A stretch of 64,000 nucleotides of DNA from an uncultured Christensenella sp. (GCA_949296965.1 CASFQL010000021.1:15247-79246); one strand, 5' to 3'; positions 38,055 to 47,304 are shown, counted from the first letter of the stretch. Numbers and translations are program-made. Notes: generated by a model not told the origin, from the sequence alone.

Positions 38055-39065
38055 ATGAAAAAACAAACTCAATTTGAATTAAAGAGAAAATTTAAAATTT
38101 TGAAACTAATGTGCGACTTTTCAAGTGAGGAAACTAAGGAAATACTTAATTCCTGTCCAAAGATGTTTAAGTATAGCGAAAGTGAATTAATTAACTTTTC
38201 TCAAAACTTAAATAAGATTACAAAAAATAGCAAGACAAAAATGGATATCATTAAAGAATATGGCAGTTGTATTGAAAATGACGATTGTGTATTGAATAAT
38301 TTAGACGAATTTTTAGGACTTTTGAACTTTAAACTATCCGACTTTGATAATTGTAAAACTAATGTTTATAGTTTTTTGACTCTTAATTATGATGATGTTA
38401 GAAAACAAATATCTATCATAAAAGACAAACTAAGTATTAATAACCAAGAACTTCGTAAATACTTTTTAAATAGAGCACAGCGTTTTTCTTTGGACTATAA
38501 TTTAATTTGTAATAATTTAATATTTTTAAAATCTCTATTTAATTTTTCAAACACGGACCTTTTAAATTTGTTAAATAATAACCCTTATTTTCTTTTTAAA
38601 AGTAAAAAATATTATATAAATTTATATAATAAATATCATCAACTTGATGTCCCTAACAAAATAGATCCTGCAATTTTGAAGTGTATTGAAAAAGAAGATT
38701 TCTTTATTAGATATTTCTTTAATATTATTGTTAATGATGAAATAAAATCTCCTTTCTATTCATATAGTTTTCAAAGAATGTGGGCTAGATATTGTTTCCT
38801 ATACAATGTAGACAAATCTTTAATTTCTCTAAGAAGTTTGGGGGCTTCTTCTAGTAGTTTTGAAAAAATTTACAAAGTTACAGATGAAGACCTATTAAAA
38901 AAATATCCATTAGGCGAAAAGACAATTCAAATTATTAAACAAAGATATAGGAGCCTTTATCCTAATGCTTCCGTAAAAGAAATGCGTGTTTTGAACAATT
39001 TAAGCGTTGACGATTTGCCTAAATTTTATGCTAGAAGAGAAGTGGAAGAAGAAATGAGTATGTAA
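38055..39065 (+). CDS. Hypothetical all-helical repeat protein (weak mTERF-like periodicity)
   Basis: 336 aa with a good RBS. It has recurring about 30-aa units of the form F(S/N)..E..(K/N).L...P..F..S..EL (DFSSEETKEILNSCPKMFKYSESEL; FNFSNTDLLNLLNNNPYFLFKS). No enzyme motif is present. Confidence 0.55.
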   Translation: MKKQTQFELKRKFKILKLMCDFSSEETKEILNSCPKMFKYSESELINFSQNLNKITKNSKTKMDIIKEYGSCIENDDCVLNNLDEFLGLLNFKLSDFDNCKTNVYSFLTLNYDDVRKQISIIKDKLSINNQELRKYFLNRAQRFSLDYNLICNNLIFLKSLFNFSNTDLLNLLNNNPYFLFKSKKYYINLYNKYHQLDVPNKIDPAILKCIEKEDFFIRYFFNIIVNDEIKSPFYSYSFQRMWARYCFLYNVDKSLISLRSLGASSSSFEKIYKVTDEDLLKKYPLGEKTIQIIKQRYRSLYPNASVKEMRVLNNLSVDDLPKFYARREVEEEMSM

Positions 39066-39300
39066 ATTGTTGTTTAAAAATTTTGATAAAATAAATTTTA
39101 AAAATTAAGATATGATAAGATTTTTCTTAAATTTATTTTAATAATAAAAAAAAACTATAAGTTAACTAATAAACTAAATTTTCAAAAAATTTTTATCAAT
39201 TTAAAAAACTACTAAGCAATCTTTGACTAATTTTTTACCTAAAAATTATATAAAAATACTTTATAAAAATAAATATTACTTTCATTTTTTGTATATAAAA

Positions 39301-39345
39301 AAGAACTTTATCAACATTAATTTTGATAAGGTTCTTTTGTTTTTA
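39301..39345 (+). terminator. Rho-independent terminator
   Basis: AAGAACTTTATCAA-cattaatt-TTGATAAGGTTCTT followed by TTGTTTTT. It lies 236 nt downstream of the 38055-39065 stop. Confidence 0.6.
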
Positions 39346-39596
39346 TTAAGATTTTTATAAATTTGATATTTTTTATGTCAAAAAAATAATTTAACTATGT
39401 TTTTAGACTTTTACTTCTTTTTTCTTAATTTTTTTATATCTTAAATCTCCTTATTTTATTTATTTGTTAAGTTATGTAAGTTTTTAATGTTTAATTTTTG
39501 TATGTTAAATTATTTAGTAAAGATTTTTGTCCTATTAGTTAAAAACTTGTTGGGCGTAAGTATGTAAATAATGTGTAATGCAACTATTTTTTAACT

Positions 39597-39693
39597 CGGG
39601 CACGCTTTTAAAATTAAGTTTCAAAATTTGAAACTTAATTTTAAGAAATGAATATTTCTTGCTAGTTTTTCAAACTAGCAAAAAGCGTGCCCG
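39597..39693. repeat. Sequence-unrelated element with the same closing-stem plus three-hairpin (four-way junction) architecture
   Basis: CGGGCACGCTTTT | AAAATTAAGTTTCAAA-a-TTTGAAACTTAATTTT | AAGAAAT-gaat-ATTTCTT | GCTAGTT-tttca-AACTAGC | a | AAAAGCGTGCCCG. Every helix is perfect with 0-1 junction nucleotides. It lies in a convergent spacer. Confidence 0.8.
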
Positions 39694-39705
39694 TAAATTT
39701 AATTT

Positions 39706-40815
39706 TTATAACAAAACAAACTCAATTTTAACAGGGTTATGGTCAGAATACATAAACTCAGTATCAATATTTGTAACACTATTAACTTGTATATTTGACG
39801 AAACAATAAATCCATCAATGACAACGAGATAGGACTCACCTTCTATATATCCCGTATCGCTTGACCTACAAGTAGGGGCATTTTTACTTGAAGCCCAAGT
39901 ATAGCCACTAGTTAAATCATCATTAGTTAACTGAAAAACCCAATCAGGTTGTTTTCTATTAGTTGGAAAGTAGCCCACCGAATCTGCTATATCGTGGTTA
40001 AAATCTCCACCAACAATAACATAATTATCTTTTTTGCTTTCCTCTTCTAAAATTGAATTTAACATATCTAGTTGTTTTGCCCTAATCTTTCCACCCTCAT
40101 CGTAAGCACTCATATGAATATTAATAAGCACAAGTTCTTTTGAACTATCACTTATAGGAAGTCTATTTACTTGAAAGCATCTATCAAGGTCAAAAAATTT
40201 ATTTGGAAAACTTTCGTCAACAGGCAAACTTCTTCTAACTGCACTTGAAATATTGTATTTACTAAGGGTAACAATTCCTGCGTCGGTTTTGCCATGTGGA
40301 TTAAAGATAGGATACATCAAAAAAGCACTATGAAAATTCATTGAGATTGAATTTGAATATTCTTTAAAGTTATCTTGTATGTATTCATATTGATTATAAT
40401 AATAACTCCTAGTTGCTTTAACATCAACTTCTTGAAAAAATGCAAAATCCGTGTTTAATTGTTTTATTGTATCCACTGCCCCGCTAGTATTATTTATTAC
40501 AGTTTTTAAATCTTTTGCGACACTACCACTACCCTGCAACTTGACTCCGTCAAGTGTTTCTCCGCTATCCATAAAAAACGAAAAATCTTGCGAATAAGCA
40601 CCAAAGCCAATATTAAAAGTAGATATGCTTAAATTTTGTCCAAGTTGAACAAGTTCTTCCCTATTATTATTTACAGTGATTTTATAATTGTCTTGTATTC
40701 TGCTATATTGCAACACAACATATAGCACATAGCCTCCAATTAAAAAAATAATCACAGCAAGCACAATCGCAACTGTCTTAAAGATATTTTTTAAAACTTT
40801 ACTTTTGACTGCCAT
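39706..40815 (-). CDS. Endonuclease/exonuclease/phosphatase (EEP) family protein, membrane-anchored
   Basis: 369 aa with an N-terminal TM (VAIVLAVIIFLIGGYVLYVVL). EEP motifs FFQEVD, GGDFNHD and SDHNPV are present. The RBS is AAAGGGGGGAG. Confidence 0.85.
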   Translation of the reverse strand: MAVKSKVLKNIFKTVAIVLAVIIFLIGGYVLYVVLQYSRIQDNYKITVNNNREELVQLGQNLSISTFNIGFGAYSQDFSFFMDSGETLDGVKLQGSGSVAKDLKTVINNTSGAVDTIKQLNTDFAFFQEVDVKATRSYYYNQYEYIQDNFKEYSNSISMNFHSAFLMYPIFNPHGKTDAGIVTLSKYNISSAVRRSLPVDESFPNKFFDLDRCFQVNRLPISDSSKELVLINIHMSAYDEGGKIRAKQLDMLNSILEEESKKDNYVIVGGDFNHDIADSVGYFPTNRKQPDWVFQLTNDDLTSGYTWASSKNAPTCRSSDTGYIEGESYLVVIDGFIVSSNIQVNSVTNIDTEFMYSDHNPVKIEFVLL

Positions 40816-40883
40816 AAAAACTCCCCCCTTTAATTAGAGTTTATCACATAACATTAAAATTTCTAAACTAAAATTAAAAAATA

Positions 40884-40938
40884 AAAACTCTTTTTTGTAT
40901 TAATTTATTTAAAATCTTTAATACATAAAAAGAGTTTT
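40884..40938 (-). terminator. Long hairpin terminator after the 40959-41942 gene
   Basis: AAAACTCTTTTT..GTATTAA...TTAATAC..AAAAAGAGTTTT. On the minus strand it is followed by TATTTTTTAATTTT. Confidence 0.55.
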
Positions 40939-40958
40939 CAAACTATTAATAATATAAT

Positions 40959-41942
40959 TTAATGTAGTAACATTTCCCCAACACTATCTATTTGACTATT
41001 TATTGTATCACTTATCTCTTTATTAATTTCATAGCCTGTAACTTTCTCTATATCACTAGAAATATCCTTTTGTGCCAAATCTTTTAAGGTCCTACCTAAA
41101 TTTTTATATTCTTTTCTGTCAAAACATTCGCCAACTATTTTATTTTTTTTCATCTTTGAAACTAAGTCGTATTGATAAAGTGGATTAATATCAAACGACG
41201 TTCTGTATAAAAAATCTTCGTTTGATAATCTTTTATCTTTTACTGATTTTATATTAACAAAACTATTTCCACTATCAAGCACTGCAATCCTTGAAACTTT
41301 TTTACTTTTACCAACTTCATATAGAGAACTTGAATTCCTATTTGAAGTATTAAACATTATTACATTTAAAATATTTGCTTTAATCTCGTCTTTTATTGCT
41401 TGTCTTTCAAAATACACTCTTAAAGTGTTTCTTACTTTTTGGTCATCAAAGTAAAACAATGGTGTCCTAATTGGAGTAAGTTTTTTAATGCCACTAATAA
41501 ACTTAACATAAGGGTCAGACCCCATTTTTCCTTCTTTAATAAGTTTATCTTTTAAGTTATTATATTCTGCAATTTGTTCTAGTCTATATAAATTTATTTC
41601 ATTTAAGTAATCATCATTATATTTAAAATAATTATCTTTTTTTGATAATGGAATATCATCATTTACTATTAAATTTTTTCCCCAACTTTTTTCATCTCCA
41701 CATACATAATAAATAGGAGTTTTAAGTCCCATTTCACTTGCTATTTGTGAAAACAAAATTTGACAGTCTGCATAATCTTTACTGAAACAATTTTGAAAAT
41801 TTTGTAAATCTTGTGGATATTTCTCACTTAAATCATCAAAAGAATTTCCATTATTTATAAAGTATCTTCTTAAAGCACACCTAGCAAGATACCCTTTATT
41901 AAAATATTTTTCATTTTCTGTAAAAATCTCAGTATTTTTCAT
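40959..41942 (-). CDS. Hypothetical protein
   Basis: 327 aa with an AGGAAG RBS. It looks soluble and I recognise no motif. Confidence 0.6.
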   Translation of the reverse strand: MKNTEIFTENEKYFNKGYLARCALRRYFINNGNSFDDLSEKYPQDLQNFQNCFSKDYADCQILFSQIASEMGLKTPIYYVCGDEKSWGKNLIVNDDIPLSKKDNYFKYNDDYLNEINLYRLEQIAEYNNLKDKLIKEGKMGSDPYVKFISGIKKLTPIRTPLFYFDDQKVRNTLRVYFERQAIKDEIKANILNVIMFNTSNRNSSSLYEVGKSKKVSRIAVLDSGNSFVNIKSVKDKRLSNEDFLYRTSFDINPLYQYDLVSKMKKNKIVGECFDRKEYKNLGRTLKDLAQKDISSDIEKVTGYEINKEISDTINSQIDSVGEMLLH

Positions 41943-42248
41943 TTTTTACTTCCTATATAATTTTAATTTTTTGTCTTATTAATTAAAAAAATTGCAAATT
42001 TTTTTATTTATAACTTAGCATAAATATTCTATATTTTATAAATTAATTTTTCAATATCCAATATGCACAAATAATAAATTTAAATAGAAAATAATTATAA
42101 ATTTAATGTTTTTTTTAGTTTTTATAAAATTAAAATTCTTTTATTAAAAAGTTAAAAAAATAACTTTTACAAATAGAACTCCATTAAATTTAAAATGATA
42201 ACTATATTTTTTAAAACAACTTATTTTGTGGTAAGCAACTAATAAATT

Positions 42249-42341
42249 GGAACTATGTGCCAAAAGTTTCACTTTTGTGTGAAATTTTAAAATAAAATTT
42301 CACTGTAAAAAATTTGAAAAATTTTTTACGCACATAGTTCC
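42249..42341 (+). repeat. Four-way-junction repeat, copy I (forward)
   Basis: GGAACTATGTGC | CAAAAGT-ttc-ACTTTTG | T | GTGAAATTTTA-aaa-TAAAATTTCAC | T | GTAAAAAATTT-gaa-AAATTTTTTAC | GCACATAGTTCC. Confidence 0.93.
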
Positions 42342-42518
42342 CGTTTTATTCATCATATAGTTTTAGTAAATATCATACATTTTCATACAAACTCTTTCCT
42401 ACTAAATAAATAGGACTAAAACAACTAAACATATTCATATAAAAATATTGTCAACATTTTATTAAACATTATTAGTATTTTTAGTTAAAATTATTTTCTA
42501 TTAACAATATAATAGAAT

Positions 42519-42701
42519 TTAGTTATTATTTTGATTATTTTCACTATCTAAATTATAATTTGTAGGAACGCTTAACTTTTCATCATTCATAATATCTTTT
42601 AACTCTTCAACACCATTCACAACTTTTTCTCCACTAAAATTTTGTAAATTGCTTTGATTTTCAAATTTATTTGTATCCAAAATTTCTTTACTATTATTCA
42701 T
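42519..42701 (-). CDS. Small acidic N/E-rich hypothetical protein
   Basis: 60 aa. It starts 3 nt after the stop of the upstream membrane-protein gene, so coupling is likely. There is no homology signal, so the coding call is tentative. Confidence 0.4.
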   Translation of the reverse strand: MNNSKEILDTNKFENQSNLQNFSGEKVVNGVEELKDIMNDEKLSVPTNYNLDSENNQNNN

Positions 42702-42704
42702 ATC

Positions 42705-43037
42705 TTAATTTTCAATTTGTTTAATATTATTTAGTATTGCATTAGATTTTTCTAACTTTTTTGCTAAAACTAAATCTTTAACATTTCCAACCATATTATT
42801 AACTCCCATTGCTGAGAGACCATACATAATTCCGCTTATAATTGAATGAAAGATAATATCCGTTCCTGCTACTTGCTTAGAAATAAAAAACGACACAAGT
42901 CCTAGTATTCCGCCAAAAATACTTACAATAAGTGGAATAATTTTTTCAAGTATTAAACTACTACTAAAAGTTTTTTTTAAAATAATAATCAATAACCAAG
43001 AAAGTGTAGTTATTGAAGAAAGAGAAACTATTTCCAT
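42705..43037 (-). CDS. Small 3-TM membrane protein, holin-like
   Basis: 110 aa with an AAGGGG RBS. It has three hydrophobic helices followed by a charged tail (KDLVLAKKLEKSN..). The segment YGLSAMGVNNMVGNVKD resembles phage holin family cores. Assignment is tentative. Confidence 0.5.
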   Translation of the reverse strand: MEIVSLSSITTLSWLLIIILKKTFSSSLILEKIIPLIVSIFGGILGLVSFFISKQVAGTDIIFHSIISGIMYGLSAMGVNNMVGNVKDLVLAKKLEKSNAILNNIKQIEN

Positions 43038-43130
43038 TTTAACCCCTTATAGCAAAATATGAAAAAATATTAAAATATGTTTAGCAATAGAAAAAATAAA
43101 GCATATTATGATTTGGCTATGGAGTTAAAA

Positions 43131-43978
43131 ATGGCTGATATTCAAAAAGATTTATATGACTTAAATTTTAGTGAAAATTTTAATATAACAGGCATAAACG
43201 AACCAACTATTGACCTAGAATTAAGCGAAACTTCGATAGGTTCTTGCAGTGTAAGTGGAACAGTTACTGATGAAGAGAGTCTACCTGTTGGAGGAGCTAC
43301 TATAAAACTTTTTGATGAAAAAGGTGTCCCTTATATGCACACTTTAACAAATGAAGATGGAAATTATACTTTTTCTGGTTTAAAAAGTGGTAACTACCAA
43401 ATTTCTTGTTTTAAAGAAGATATTGTCTTAACAGTTGCAGAAAGTTTTTCTTACAGAATAACGAAATAAGGACACACGATTTTAACACAACAAAAGATGC
43501 AAGTTTATCTCTTTGTTCAATTTCTGGCTATATCTTAAAAGAAAATGATGATAGCACAAAAATTGGCGAAGCAGTTGTAAGTTTGCTTGACAGCACTACA
43601 AGAGAAACAGTTGCTTCAACGCTTTCTGCAAGTGATGGAGAATATATTTTCTACGATGTTGTTGCAAAAGACTATATTATTGTAGCAACAAAACAAGGGT
43701 ATAAAAAATCTATTGATAACTTAGTAACCGCAAAAGATAACACAATTATCAATACTAACTTATATTTGTCAATAGATGCCGTTCAAAACACAGGCACAAT
43801 AAGTGGAGTAATAAGTCATAATGGAAGTATTGTCCCAAGTGCTTTTGTTGGTTTATACAAAATAACTGACGGAGTAGAAAAATTAGTAGCAACCACAAAA
43901 ACTAATGCAAAAGGCGTTTATATGTTTGGCAAAGTAGAAAGTGGTGAATATAAAATCAAAGCAAAACAAAATGAATAA
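43131..43978 (+). pseudogene. Carboxypeptidase-regulatory-like (CarboxypepD_reg) three-domain protein, interrupted by a frameshift at a T5 tract
   Basis: ORFs 43077-43469 and 43583-43978 each carry SG.V.D....P...A.V.L.D.......T..DG.Y.F..L..G.Y modules. The second frame is open back to about 43450 and reads ..FFLQNNEIRTHDFNTTKDASLSLCSISGYILKE. One extra T in TTTTT (43445-43449) would fuse both frames. The likely start is the ATG at 43131, after GGAG. Confidence 0.65.
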
Positions 43979-44610
43979 TGCTTATAAAAAGTAACAAAAT
44001 TAAAATTTTTAATTGCAATGAAGAAAATATTAATTTAGATGTTGCGATATTAGATAGTTTACTTTTAGTGAAGATAACTTATAAAGAATTAAATTTAAGT
44101 TGTATTGCTGACTCATTTTATAAAGGGAAAAGAAAAAACAACTTAAATTGTTGTCTTTTAATAAATTATAACTGCTTTTGCAATAATATTAATTTAAACT
44201 CTAACTTAGAAGGTAAAATAAATTGTAATTTTTCTTTAAACCGTATTTTTAACTTTAATCACTTTAATTCAAATTGTAGAAGTGGAAATTATTTATTAAA
44301 GCAAAATATTGAAAAAAAATATTTAAACCAAAATTTTTCAAATTGCCTAAATTCTAATATAAAGTTAAAACAAGTTAACAGTTGCAAATTATTGCTAAGA
44401 AAATATTATATTAAAGTATGTGTCATAGTAGAAAATATAAAATCAAAACAATGTTATTATAAACAAGTAACAACTTGTAAAGGTTATGCTATGTTTAGAC
44501 TAATAGAAGGAACCTACTATGTATATGCAAAATATAATAATATTGAAACAAAAAAAATTTATATTGATTTAAGAGAAAAAAAGACTATCACAATGAATTT
44601 AGAACTTTGA
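43978..44610 (+). CDS. Cys/Asn-rich hypothetical protein with C-terminal CarboxypepD_reg-like module
   Basis: 210 aa. Its ATG overlaps the preceding TAA by 1 nt. It has 16 Cys, many in NC/CC/CF contexts (NLNCCLLINYNCFCNN), and a C-terminus of TTCKGYAMFRLIEGTYYVYAKYNNIE. Confidence 0.6.
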   Translation: MLIKSNKIKIFNCNEENINLDVAILDSLLLVKITYKELNLSCIADSFYKGKRKNNLNCCLLINYNCFCNNINLNSNLEGKINCNFSLNRIFNFNHFNSNCRSGNYLLKQNIEKKYLNQNFSNCLNSNIKLKQVNSCKLLLRKYYIKVCVIVENIKSKQCYYKQVTTCKGYAMFRLIEGTYYVYAKYNNIETKKIYIDLREKKTITMNLEL

Positions 44611-44642
44611 AATTAAAAACTTTTTTAAGTTATAAAGCAAAA

Positions 44643-44680
44643 AAGATAATGAAAATAAAACTCATTGTCTTTTTGTTTTT
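44643..44680 (+). terminator. Rho-independent terminator
   Basis: AAGATAATGA-aaataaaac-TCATTGTCTT followed by TTTGTTTTT. Confidence 0.65.
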
Positions 44681-45019
44681 GTGTTTATTTTAAAAATAAT
44701 AAAATCTTTCTTTAAAAAAATTTATTTATGAATTTATTTTTTTCTTATTTTTCTTTTTTTATTTTTACTATTGTATTTTTATTTTTACTATTATTTATTT
44801 TTTATTTTCTAATATTATTTTTTTATTGTTTTTAGTAATATTTTTTATTAATATTTTTTTACTTTTATTACAATTTTTTGTATATTTATTTTGCTTGTTA
44901 TTTTTATTTTGATTGTAATTTTTTTCTATTTTAGTTTTTCTTAATGTTTTTAATTATTGCTTTGTTGTTATTTAATTTTTTCACAAAATTTAAGAAAACT
45001 TTAAGAATTAAAACTTAAA

Positions 45020-45053
45020 ACAAAAAAAGGATAATAAAAACCTATTATCCTTT
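45020..45053 (-). terminator. Rho-independent terminator after rubrerythrin
   Basis: The minus strand reads AAGGATAATA-ggtttt-TATTATCCTT followed by TTTTTTGTTTT. Confidence 0.7.
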
Positions 45054-45095
45054 AAATTTCAAAACTGAAAATATAAGTAAAAATCTTATTAAAGA

Positions 45096-45635
45096 TTAAA
45101 AGTTGTCACAATGAAGTTCAAAGTAACTTTGTGGGTGAACACAAACTGGGCATAACTCTGGGGCTTTTTTACCAACGACAATGTGTCCACAATTTCTACA
45201 TTCCCAAACTTTAATTTCACTTCTTTCAAAAACTGCCTTAGTTTTGACATTATTTAAAAGTTGTCTATATCTTTCTTCGTGTCTTTTTTCAATATCAGCA
45301 ACTCCTCTAAACTTTTTAGCAAGTTCAGGGAAACCTTCTTCTTCGGCAGTCTTTGCAAAACCGTCATACATATCAGTCCATTCATAGTTTTCGCCATTTG
45401 CAGCATCTTCAAGGTTTTGTGCAGTTTGATTTAACTCTCCGAGTTCTTTAAACCACAATTTTGCGTGTTCTTTTTCATTGTTAGCAGTTTGTTCAAAAAT
45501 ACTAGCAATTTGTTCAAAACCTTCCTTTTTTGCAACAGAAGCAAAATATGTATATTTATTTCTTGCTTGGCTCTCTCCAGCGAAAGCAGTCCTTAAATTT
45601 TGTTCAGTTTTTGTTCCTTTATATTTATTTTCCAT
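45096..45635 (-). CDS. rbr: Rubrerythrin
   Basis: 179 aa. [26 protein letters not shown] and NEKEHAKLW are ferritin-like diiron motifs. The C-terminal rubredoxin knuckles are CRNCG...CPVC. Confidence 0.93.
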   Translation of the reverse strand: MENKYKGTKTEQNLRTAFAGESQARNKYTYFASVAKKEGFEQIASIFEQTANNEKEHAKLWFKELGELNQTAQNLEDAANGENYEWTDMYDGFAKTAEEEGFPELAKKFRGVADIEKRHEERYRQLLNNVKTKAVFERSEIKVWECRNCGHIVVGKKAPELCPVCVHPQSYFELHCDNF

Positions 45636-45696
45636 AAAATCTCTCCTTTTTTTGCTTAGTCATTATCATATTTTTTAAACTTTTTGTCAAACATTT

Positions 45697-46194
45697 TCAC
45701 ATTATTGGTAAATCAATATCGTCACCAGACTTTTCAATAGACAAAATTTTTACAAAATAACCGACATCTTTACTAACATTAACTTTCACCCTTTCTCCAA
45801 CTTTTCTACCTAAAATAGCCTTACCAAAAGGAGATTCTTTACTAATAATTCCCTTAGAAACATCGTTCCTTAAAGTTGTTGAAATTTGCACTTTCTCAAC
45901 TTCGTTTTCATCTTCAAATAAAATTTCCACCTTATCAAAAATACCAACTTCATCTTTATTGTCATTTAAAGAAATTATTTTAGCAGTATCAATCATATTT
46001 TTAAGATATTCAATACGGCCTTCATTTTTACCTTTTTCTCGTCTTGCTGCGTGATATTCTGCATTCTCACTCAAATCGCCCATTGCACGACTTTCTTGTA
46101 TTTCTTTAATAATTTTAGGACGAACAACTTTAATTCTATATTCAATTTCTTCTTTCATTTTTTTTATGTCATTTTCAGTAAGTTCATTATACAT
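45697..46194 (-). CDS. greA: Transcription elongation factor GreA
   Basis: DLSENAEYHAARREKG and SPFGKAILGRKVGE are GreA signatures. The ATG at 46194 follows GAGGGA. Confidence 0.92.
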   Translation of the reverse strand: MYNELTENDIKKMKEEIEYRIKVVRPKIIKEIQESRAMGDLSENAEYHAARREKGKNEGRIEYLKNMIDTAKIISLNDNKDEVGIFDKVEILFEDENEVEKVQISTTLRNDVSKGIISKESPFGKAILGRKVGERVKVNVSKDVGYFVKILSIEKSGDDIDLPIM

Positions 46195-46282
46195 AATTAA
46201 TTCCCTCATTAAATTTTTTCACAATAAAAAATATAAGTCAAACAAAAAAATAAAAAATAAAAGCCATAAAGGCTTCTACTCT

Positions 46283-46358
46283 TGGTGGGCAATAAGAGAC
46301 TCGAACTCCTGACTTTCACTACGTCAAAGTGACACTCTACCAACTGAGTTAATTGCCC
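46283..46358 (-). tRNA. tRNA-Val (anticodon GAC), CCA encoded
   Basis: The reverse complement is GGGCAATTAACTCAGTTGGTAGAGTGTCACTTTGACGTAGTGAAAGTCAGGAGTTCGAGTCTCTTATTGCCCACCA. The anticodon stem is TCACT/AGTGA with loop TTGACGT. A hairpin AAGCC-ttta-TGGCTT plus T-run follows on the minus strand. Confidence 0.9.
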
Positions 46359-46532
46359 AAAATTTTTAATAAATCTATTATAAATTAAAAATCAATTTTT
46401 TGCAAGTATTTTTGTTTTAAAAATTATTTTTTATATTTATTTATATTAAATTTTTATTTTAAACTTATTCTATTTTTAAAAATAATTTTATAGAAGTTTT
46501 TTAAATAGATTAATCATTAATATAAAATAAAA

Positions 46533-46622
46533 AAATTATGTGCCAAAAATGAAATTTTTGAATAAAGTCCTAGAAGGACTTTATAGTAAAATTTTTATCA
46601 AAAATTTTACTGCACATAATTT
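46533..46622 (+). repeat. Four-way-junction repeat, copy J (forward; antisense to flanking genes)
   Basis: AAATTATGTGC | CAAAAAT-gaa-ATTTTTG | A | ATAAAGTCCT-aga-AGGACTTTAT | A | GTAAAATTTTT-atc-AAAAATTTTAC | T | GCACATAATTT. It ends 4 nt from the stop codon of the 46627-47304 gene. Confidence 0.92.
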
Positions 46623-46626
46623 TCCT

Positions 46627-47304
46627 TTACTCTTCTTTATCTGGAACATCTTCAATTGGATTAGTAGGTTTTCTATTCAAAAATTTTGCAAGATAACAAA
46701 CCGCAAAACTAGCACCAACTGAAATAACAAAAGTTGTCAAAATACAAAGTAAAATACTACCTATTGACAAAAGCCCTGCAAAGGCTAGCATATTGAAAAT
46801 TACTAAGTAAATAAAACTAGTTAAAGAAACAACTGCTGACCTTCTCAAATATTTTTTGTTTTCTAAATCTTTTACTTTACTGCAAATCAAATTTGCAACT
46901 AAAACTGCAACCGCAAAAGCAATCATAGTAGAAACAAAAGGACTTAAAAATTCCCAAGTTAAATAGACTTGACTTTGAACTTCTGCGTCCATATATGCTG
47001 CTAGGAAGAAATAAACAACTATGTAAACTAGCATAGAAATTAGAAGGTAAAAAGTAAGTCTTTTTGAGTCGTCCCTACCATACTTTTCATCGCAGATAAG
47101 AATTGAAAAAAAGACTAGTGGAAGTAAGGCACAAGAGATTGTGATTTGCAAACTAAACATAGAAACAAAAGGTAGCGAAAGTGAAATAAGCGTAGTTATA
47201 ATTGAAAATAAGAAAAATCCATTTTTATTTAAAAAACTATATGCTACCCAAAGACCTAGCAGAGCCAAAATCAAAAATAAAAATAATGCTGTCCAATGTA
47301 TCAT
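46627..47304 (-). CDS. VUT/YhhQ-family (queuosine precursor transporter-like) membrane protein
   Basis: 225 aa with 6-7 TM segments. The segment ILICDEKYGRDDSKR resembles the conserved D..nE.YG...a.. loop of DUF165/YhhQ. The RBS is AAGGGGGA. Confidence 0.6.
   Translation of the reverse strand: MIHWTALFLFLILALLGLWVAYSFLNKNGFFLFSIITTLISLSLPFVSMFSLQITISCALLPLVFFSILICDEKYGRDDSKRLTFYLLISMLVYIVVYFFLAAYMDAEVQSQVYLTWEFLSPFVSTMIAFAVAVLVANLICSKVKDLENKKYLRRSAVVSLTSFIYLVIFNMLAFAGLLSIGSILLCILTTFVISVGASFAVCYLAKFLNRKPTNPIEDVPDKEE

Noticed and set aside
42705-44610. Prophage or lysis cassette, suggested by the holin-like protein
   Set aside because: No endolysin, terminase, portal, capsid, tail or integrase genes are nearby, and the neighbouring genes are housekeeping. 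A holin-like fold alone is insufficient.
46540-46722. 60-aa plus-strand ORF
   Set aside because: It overlaps repeat copy J and the 3' end of the well-supported minus-strand membrane-protein gene. It looks like a chance open frame in A/T-rich sequence.
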